NCBI GenBank assembly: GCA_012295275.1
Contig: CM022673.1
Location: 24,428,001-24,492,000, forward strand
DNA: 64,000 bases
Direction: 5' to 3'
Source: Chrysomallon squamiferum
Taxonomy: Eukaryota; Animalia; Mollusca
Shown piece by piece: positions 54,967 to 64,000 of this stretch; position 1 is the stretch's first letter, and each line of letters starts with the position of its first letter. A program made the translations under genes and the position numbers. The notes under the pieces were generated by a model. That model did not search any database and had not been told where the DNA came from. It worked only from the letters and a program-made list of their open reading frames with translations.

Positions 54967-56109
54967 CGACATCCACAGTGGAAAGACAGACGAGAAAGTT
55001 GTCTACGATGTGATCAATGTTGTTTGATCCAAGTAAACAGTCTGTGAAAAGTTTTCTCTGCTAGATGAAGTGTGGTTCCCACGCAGTGTTTGTGAATTCA
55101 TCTACTGCAGCGAGGTTTCTCATAATCCTTGAAATAATCCCTCGAGGACGCCGATCATTTGGATGTTCTACGTTTTGACTGAAAAGAATCGTTCGTATAA
55201 CTGAAATAAACCTTCTGAACGACCGGCCTATCATCTCTTACTATTCTTTCTAACATAATGCGGAATTTAAAAAAAAATAATAATAATTGAAAATATTTAT
55301 TCAAAATAAAAAATAAAATAAACACTGAGTTTTACACTATTTCTCTGTTTATTATTGATTGATTTTAGCATCCGTTGGAACAAATTAATATCTGTGTGTT
55401 TAGAAATTGTAAATAATATAAATATAAAATAATTTTTTTTTTTTTTTTTGATAAATCCGTGCCTTTGTATTATTATATAACATAATTTCTTACACAGAAT
55501 TTTCGCAAGATTTTAAACTTTTGTTTCGTTCCTTCCATACTCGTGATTTTTTAAATTAAATACAACGATCTGTTAAAAACATTGATTTTATCAAATAAAT
55601 TTTAAAATAAACTTTACTAACAGACGCACCACCATCCTTAGTTGTGGAGTCCCGGCAAGATCGGGAAATAACTGTTCCTGTGACAGTAACTGTTCTGTAC
55701 TGAATCTGTAACCGCTTTACAAATTTCCGCGATTGCATTTTAAAACGTACGACGTAATTTCGCTAACCATCGTTTTGACGATATTTAAATTTTCAAATTG
55801 TCCATCACCATCAACATCATGCTAAATATATAATCTATTTAATGGGACCCGATTTTACCCGAAATGTTAGAATATCAATGTATTTTTCAGTGTTCATTAT
55901 CTGATTTGATTTGGTGTCTCCAAAGTGGTCATTTCCGAGGTTAAAAGATCACCAGAGGTCGATCTTTGTATTTTGGGAGTAATAAAACTACAAGTACAAA
56001 CTCAATAAGAGATCATGATTACATAAAAGTGTCGGCAATCAAATACAAAATCGGGAGAATTGTACTGGGTTAGATGAAGTTATGACTCATAGCAATATAT
56101 GTGTATTCT

Positions 56110-56214
<105 letters not shown>

Positions 56215-56922
56215 TAATTAATTAATTAATTAATAATTAAATTAACAAAAAAGAAGTAGTAGAAGAAGGTCAAGAACAACAACTTCAACAACAACAACAC
56301 TCACTAGACTAAACTTATTAAAAAAATCAGTGATTTAATCAGTTAATAATAACGGTACAAATAACTAATAATGACGACATTTTATAATTTACTCCAGAAA
56401 CAGCAAAAGAAAGACAAGATGAGACAACAGGAACAGGGAGAGCAAAATGTCTACAACTAAACATCTGAGATAAAAATGACGAAGCTGGTTTTTGATATTT
56501 TGTTAGAATTCGACTGAAAATAGTCTTTGTCACTCCAGAGGAGAACTGCTAGCTTCCATTGACTGTTTCAATCTTTATTTTATTAAAATTCGTGTTGTTT
56601 AGTGTCATCGTCTGTGTATCAGATGAACAACACGGTGTAGCTGCTGTCTCTGAATTAAAGGAGTCTTCTGATGACTCTTGTTATATGGACCTGAATAATT
56701 CTCCGTAATTTTAACAACAAAACTGATTGAGTGTGTGTATTTGTCACAATGGGGTAAAATGTGTATGGCTTTTTTTTTTTTTTTTATCCTTGATTATAAA
56801 CTTCTTTATCGTTGATTTAAAAAAAAATAATAATAATAATAATAATAAAATAAATTAAATTAAATTAAATTAAAATAAAACAAAACAAAATAAAATAATA
56901 ATAATAATAAACATTAATAAGC

Positions 56923-56985
<63 letters not shown>

Positions 56986-57762
56986 TTAATATAAAGTTAT
57001 CAATACCAACCCACATTAAGTTGAAACACTGACTAATCGAAATCAAGCGGATAATCTGGATCTGAAGTATTGTCAGAGCTCACTGTCGAAACAGTCAATG
57101 TTTTCAACTCAGCTCTCTCTACGCGATTTCTCATTGTTTATTTTTTATTTATTTATTATTATTATTTTTTTTTTTCATCACTGACATCACCATTATTGTG
57201 TAAAGTGAATCAGTATAAGTTGTGAGTCAGTTGTACAAAAGACGGTTTGTTATCGTCGACGTCATATCGGGTTTAGCGAACCCGGCAAGATTTCTAAAAG
57301 ATTCCTTCAACGTTTTCTGACAGAAAGTAACATCAAACTAGACTGTGTTTGTTGTAATGCAAATAAAAAATCAGTAACAACTCTATTTTTTTGTTGTTTA
57401 TTTTTTTTTTTTTTTTTTTTAATTAAAATTTTTATTTTATTTTATTTTTTTTTTTTTTTTTGTATTATTTGTTTGTTTGTTTCTAAACTGACATACTTCT
57501 TTTGCGGAATCACTATGGCACAGCATCCGACATGACGTCATCAACATCGTGCTTATCAGCGTTTGCTTAACAATGCTAATTAATTCATTCTTTCTAAACC
57601 AAGGACGTTTTGATACTTACCTTCCATCAGTTAGAAAGAATACACGAGATAATATTTTATGTTATTTAGATAATTACATCGTAATATAAATATAAACAAG
57701 AACAGTTAGTTTATGTTACAACATACGTAAAGTAATTGTAGCAGCAGTAGTAATAGCTGTAG

Positions 57763-57805
<43 letters not shown>

Positions 57806-58249
57806 ACGTCAGAAATAACGTACTTGTTAACATTAGGGTTACGTTAGTAACATTTACGATGATGCAACATAAGAAATAACCGTATTAGCTTCCATTAACG
57901 TAACGTACAAAAAAAAGAAGAATTTAAGTGTTACAAAAAATACCAATAACAAACAATCCACAAATAAAACACTCCAAAACTAACCAAACAAATAAACATA
58001 ATTTTATATATAATTATATATATATATACAAATTAAATACAAATTAAAGATAGTACGTAATGCATAATATCATCACATACTAAAGCTACATCAGTGTTAT
58101 TTTTTGCTTTCAGCTATCTTAATACACAAATGGAAATAAAATGTAGAAATATACGTTTATAATCACACACACACATACACACACATATACGGACACAGAA
58201 AATAATAAAAACAATTAAACACAAACAATAACAAATTAAAACATTAAAA

Positions 58250-58882
58250 AATTAGCAAAGTTAACGTAATAGATAACATTAACACAACCCTATGTCAACG
58301 TTATAACAGTTAATATTAAAATAACATGAACATTAATGTAACAGATAACATTAATGTAGCATCTGATGCTCATACAAAAGAAACAAATTACACCAGTTAT
58401 GTTAAATAAATTAGCACAATTAACGTAAAAGATAACATAAACATAATTCTGTGTTAATTTTATAAAAGGTAACGTTAATGTAAACGTTGTTTTAGCGTAA
58501 TAGATAATGCTAATACAATTTTATGATAACGTAACAGATATTATACGTTATGTTAGCGTAAAGATAACATTAATGTAACTTTATGTTGACGTAAGATAGG
58601 TGTACCTGACACTGTTATATCAGGCTATGTTAACGTTGTACGCAATATTAACGTGACGTTATTCTAACATAAACAAGATAACACAATAAATAACCCTGAT
58701 GTTACATTACTGTAAAGTAACAGACAATATTAACGTAAGGTTACACTAAAATAGCAGACACAGTGTAATATCAGCGTAACAGACGACATTAACATAAAGC
58801 CATGTTAACGTCACGGTCCACATTAACATAACGTTTAATGTTAACGCAGTAGACAACATTAACTAACGCAAACGTTAACGTT
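58250..58882. repeat. Decayed minisatellite rich in TTAACGT / AGATAACATTAA motifs
   Basis: Recurring TAACGTAA.AGATAACATTAA-like units with high divergence. Confidence 0.6.
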
Positions 58883-59039
58883 TGAATCCAATCTGGGTAA
58901 AACGCGTATCTCGTTTGATTCCACTGCTTATTGATCGGGTCGGAGGAAGGAGTGGCATTCAATAATTTACAAGCATAGCACTCGGTTTCACGAGTATACT
59001 CCGCCGCTCAAGAGTTCCCTTATGTACAACCAATTAAAA

Positions 59040-59195
59040 TCCTTGCCTCGCCGAGCCAGTTTTCGTCTCACGTTCTCGTTGTCATGCGCAGTCCAGAGCA
59101 AACCGCCCACGTGGCTGCATATAGTATTTAACAAGACCTAAAGAAAACTGACGATAGTTCAGTTAAAACGTGATCAAAGTCCTTTGCACACATAA

Positions 59196-59233
<38 letters not shown>

Positions 59234-59384
59234 TGGATTCTTTTCAGTCGTTGGCGTTTAGAGTGATTTTTTTTTTATAAGTATAATAAGTACTGGAAAA
59301 ATATAAAAATATTTTCGTTTTTTTTTTTCTTCTCTCCAAAACGTTGAATTAGCTTTAAGGTGAGGATCTCAACTGACGGTAAGT
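59040..59384 (+). promoter_or_regulatory. Candidate TATA/Inr promoter and ATG-free first exon (~59156-59378) of a gene extending beyond the right end
   Basis: TCATGCGCAGT at 59082; overlapping GC-box/E-box CCGCCCACGTGG at 59103; TATTTAA at 59125; Inr-like TAGTT/TCAGTT at 59155-59164 (31-36 bp downstream); donor ACG|GTAAGT at 59379. Confidence 0.55.
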
Positions 59385-59443
59385 GTAAAAAAATTTTTCT
59401 AACTTTACGTTAACTTTTGATGTTCGTGATTTTTTGCTCATTG

Positions 59444-59498
<55 letters not shown>

Positions 59499-59698
59499 CT
59501 GGATATATATTATATTGTTTTCTTTGAGTTTATTTGTCAAAACTGACAGAAAGGTAGTAATTAAGTTTTGATTACAATAACAACACAAAAGCAATAACAA
59601 CAACAACAACAACAATAATATGAGTAGTTTTAATTTCCATATAACAATATCTAATACGTAAAATTCAAAGTTTATGATTAAATATATAGAAAAAATAT

Positions 59699-59773
<75 letters not shown>

Positions 59774-60272
59774 GTTGTTGCATTTTTCTAACAGCATTAG
59801 TTTCTCGCTTGTTATTCGGTATTCTGCGAGTTCAGTTAACAAATAATTTATATATATAAATCTGGCAGTTCATTCAGTTCTTTACATTTGCAGGTGTTGC
59901 TTGATCTTTAATAATAATAATAATAATAATAAAGGTGTAAAAACGTTAAACGCGCAGAATGAATAATTTACATACCTGTACTGAATAAAATTTATCAATA
60001 GTGTATACATAGACATACGTAGATAAATACATACACATAATATATATATATGCACATACGTACATACATACATACATGCAAACAACATTGTTCATACTTC
60101 TGACTTTAGAATCCGCTTTAGTTTATTGTCTTTAGCAAATTCTTTTTTTATGAAAGAAATTATCAAAAAAATATTATTCTTTCCGGAACCAGTTTTTTGT
60201 TTTTTGTAAATCTATTAAAAACAATTAGATCATTTCTTTTGTTTGTTTCTTCGTTTTATGTATTTTTTATTT

Positions 60273-60345
<73 letters not shown>

Positions 60346-60849
60346 TCTTTTTGTTTGTTTGTTTTTTTTTTTTTTTTTCTTGTTTTTGCAAATTTAAAAA
60401 TCTTTCACAAACAGAAAAAAATATATATCCTTTCAAGGAACCAGAATGATTATGACAATAAAGAGATAATAGATATTTTCTTATTTCCTGTCGTATTGAA
60501 AGAAAACTCAAAACTTATTCAAAACTCATTGAGAAAATAATATAGCTGTTATTTGCATGGTTGTATTGTTACTCTTATTCATGTGTGGGATTTAAAAAAG
60601 AGTCGAGGGGAAGAAGAGAGAGACAAGAAAAATGATTTAGCCTTAATACGACTTAACCTCATGAGTACAACCGTATAATCGTTCCTTCTTAGCGCACCAG
60701 TTAGGTTCACTGGTTCAGCTATTGTTCTACGACTGGTACATCATAAATACAACACAGTTTTCCTGACATATAAAAATAATCATTTGGTGCTAATCGACAA
60801 TAGAGTTGCGATGAAAAGATGTTTTATTATTTTATTATTATCTTCTTCT

Positions 60850-60896
<47 letters not shown>

Positions 60897-61874
60897 CTTC
60901 TCTTTTGTCATCATAATACGTCACTGGACGAAATCCTCAGCTGTCATGGTCTATTCTACTCGATTAGTAATAAATGAAAATTTCATTGTCGCTTTCCAAA
61001 GACGATCAAGTATTCCTGGTTCCCTGGCTGGAGTAGAGCGTGTGCTAGCACTAAGAGGGGGGTGTTTGGGGGGGCGGGGGACAGAAAACCAGTACACTAC
61101 CACTGAATCACAGCCCACCTGTTAACAAAAATTCAAACACGGGAATAAATAAACCCACCATTTTCGCATGACCTGTTCAAAAAAAAAAAATGTTTTGACC
61201 TAACACTACTGCAGATTCTGAGATGCCGCAAAATTAGGATTAAAAGAGTAGAGACGACATCATGTTTCCGGTCAACTGCTACACTATATTTAGTGTAATT
61301 TCAGTACTCTTCATATCAAAACTCCTGTCTAGCGGTTTTTAATAAGTCCACTGAACAGAACCCCAGGCCAAACACTCGTATTAAACCGTCTCATTAATTT
61401 GGGTTTGTTTAGCATCACAACGATAAAGTATTCTCATCGTCTGAAGTAATTAAATTGATTAAACTGTCTTAGTCCTCGGAATATTACCAGCAATCCGAGA
61501 AACGAAAATTAACAAGCTGCTGTTTAAATAAAATATTCGTGTGTTTAATTAAAGGTGTGAGTATCGCATGTCAGATATTGTGTTCACCTCGAATGTGTAA
61601 TTATTATATGTAAATAATCGTTAGAACTGCACGTATATAGATATGTACAGATATACCATATTGTGTTACATATTACACATCGGTCTGTTTTTCTTACGAA
61701 CAAAGCTGACGATTATGTGAAACAACATATAATGAGAAATAAAATAATTAATTTTTTTTTATCTTGTTTAACTATCGGATATTCTTTACATATAATATTA
61801 CTTATATCATTTAGTACACGTGTGGCCGGTTACTCTGCATCAGTTTAGAGAACTAAACTAAATGACCTTTGTTT

Positions 61875-62133
61875 ATTTAATATATTTACCTGTAAGACAT
61901 ATGTTTACTTAATAACTTTACCTGTGTATATTTTCCTTAATAACTATATCAGAATAGACTCGTTTAATATTGAGTAACTGTATAATGTTTAATATCTTTA
62001 TCTGTGTAATGTTTACTTAATAACCTTACCCGTATATATTTACTTAATAACTAGACTTATTTAATACTTAATACCTGTATAATGTGTATTATCTTTACCT
62101 GTGTAATGTTTACTTAATAACCTTACCAGTATA

Positions 62134-62185
<52 letters not shown>

Positions 62186-62272
62186 TGTTAACTCAATAAC
62201 GTTACCTGTATGACATGTTTGTTTACTTAACAAGTCTACCTGTACATGTTCGATTAATATCTTTACCTGTGA
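61875..62272. repeat. Degenerate ~28-30-bp tandem repeat (TTTACCTGTGTAATGTTTACTTAATAAC) interrupted by (GT)n
   Basis: Recurring TTACCTGT...GTTTACTTAATA motifs. Confidence 0.7.
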
Positions 62273-62326
62273 GCATACATTTGTTTCCGTAATACGTTTC
62301 CGTAAAACACGTATATATATATATAT

Positions 62327-62428
62327 ATATATGTTATAAAGTTACGTCATTAAGTAGCAGTATAGTATATATAATAATGTACCTGTTTACTATACTGCTA
62401 CTTAATGACGTAACTTTATAACATATAT
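62327..62428. repeat. Perfect 41-bp inverted repeat with 20-nt spacer
   Basis: ATATATGTTATAAAGTTACGTCATTAAGTAGCAGTATAGTA (62327-62367) is the exact reverse complement of 62388-62428. Confidence 0.95.
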
Positions 62429-62542
62429 TAACTAAATGATCGTACTCTGCACTAATGATGCCTGTAATTACTAATCAGTCCTTCTCAGAGTGTGTTCGTC
62501 AGGCATATTTAAAGGCCATGGTATGTGCTGTCCTGCTTAATT

Positions 62543-62590
<48 letters not shown>

Positions 62591-62614
62591 CTAAGTTATT
62601 ACCTAACAGATATG

Positions 62615-62658
<44 letters not shown>

Positions 62659-64000
62659 CAATTTCGTAAATACTCAGATATCATATGTAGGATCATTTAG
62701 TTGATATACCTATACATCTCAGAGAGTACGAAATGCTGCGGGTTACGTCTGTCATGTCAGAATGATACAAAAAGCCAATTTGTTTGGAATTTTGGTGGCA
62801 CTAGACCGACCTGTTAGGTAGAAAACACAGGTCAAGATCGTATTACTCTGCCTAATTGGCAATTTGTTTGAAGGATCCATCTCGATTTAGATTTGAAACA
62901 GGGTCGTCTCAAAAAGAAAAACAGTAAGGAATACAAACGGTGTTTATATTTCGTATTATGATGATGCATGGAAGTAGTGATTCGCCTGTTCTTGGAATAT
63001 CTCTAAATAGTCATACCTTTTCCATGAAACGTGCAATTCATGTCCAAATGATACAGTTATTCGTTTTTTATTTTCCTATCTCTTCTTTTTGATTTTTAGA
63101 AGAGTTTGAGAGGGTTATGATTTATTTTAACAAAGGGAACAAAGGAATTAATTAGTTATTCGCATTTCTTGAGATCTGAACTTCATTGTCACAAATGTCT
63201 CATTTCTGAATACCATTTAGTAACCTGTAAAAAATACAAATAAGGTATTGAACTGAAATACGTCATGAACGTAATATTATTAATTAAGTAAATGTAAATA
63301 ACAAAACAGAGAGACAGGTGTTTTAGGTTTTGCAGGTGGGCAGTCAGACTGACAGATCATCAAAGAAACAGAGTGGTGGACAGACAGACAGACAGACAGA
63401 CAGAGAGATTAAGATGCTTTCTACATCTTCTGTTACAAAACCAGACTGGGTGACAGACGATACATAAAAGAAAATGTCCAGCTTACTTTCCAAGAATAGC
63501 TTTTCAATTTGTTTTAAATTTGCCTTTTTTAAAATGTATTCTGGACACCAACCAATCAATTAAACAGTAAACTGAGAGTGACAAAATTAGAGCGACTGTC
63601 AGACAGACGTTCGTTAATATAGTTTATATTTAGCGTATTAAATAACTGTGTGAGGAGGTCTCTATTTCAGCTGCTGTTTCTTACAACACATATCTTTACA
63701 TGCTCGTTAAAGACTCTAAGGATTGATTCGTCTGTTTTATCAGTCAGTTATATTTACTCTCACTCTGTGCAAAAGACATCTTAAAGATAATCTTTAAGAC
63801 GTGTTTATTTTTGCATCTTGTAGACCTTTTTTTACATCATTATTTGTGTTTCTGGGATGACTATACCTTGTGTATGATATTATCACAATTTTAATTTTTT
63901 TGTTTTTTGTTTGTTTGTAATTAAACGGTTGTTTTTTTTAGCACTTTTATCATTAGAATTCAGTACTTATTCTTATGTGTTTGTTTTATTTTGTTAGCAA

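Noticed and set aside
60937-60960. TCAGCTGTCATG resembling the 5' end of a molluscan miRNA (miR-1989, from memory)
   Set aside because: The 3' half diverges and there is no complementary star arm nearby.

Overview
This is eukaryotic, most likely invertebrate animal, genomic DNA. It is very AT-rich and dense in microsatellites and minisatellites, and it has spliceosomal introns. No prokaryotic features, CRISPR arrays, tRNA or rRNA were seen. Almost all entries in the ORF track are microsatellite artefacts. The one well-supported gene is a + strand, four-exon PRD-class (paired-like, Q50) homeobox gene, join(40809..41082,41597..41787,42333..42461,47112..47324), about 268 aa. It has an N-terminal eh1/octapeptide motif, a CCAAT+TATA promoter, the canonical PRD intron between homeodomain codons 46 and 47, and no C-terminal OAR motif. 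The ORF track misses both homeodomain exons. The homeodomain mixes Rx-like and Otp-like residues and matches no family I recognise, so it may be a lineage-specific or unnamed PRD family. Weaker signals include candidate non-coding first exons or promoters of flanking genes (minus strand near 9.3 kb; plus strand near 54.9 and 59.2 kb), enhancer-like motif clusters, several hairpins including a perfect 41-bp inverted repeat, and about ten minisatellite arrays (23-67 bp units).
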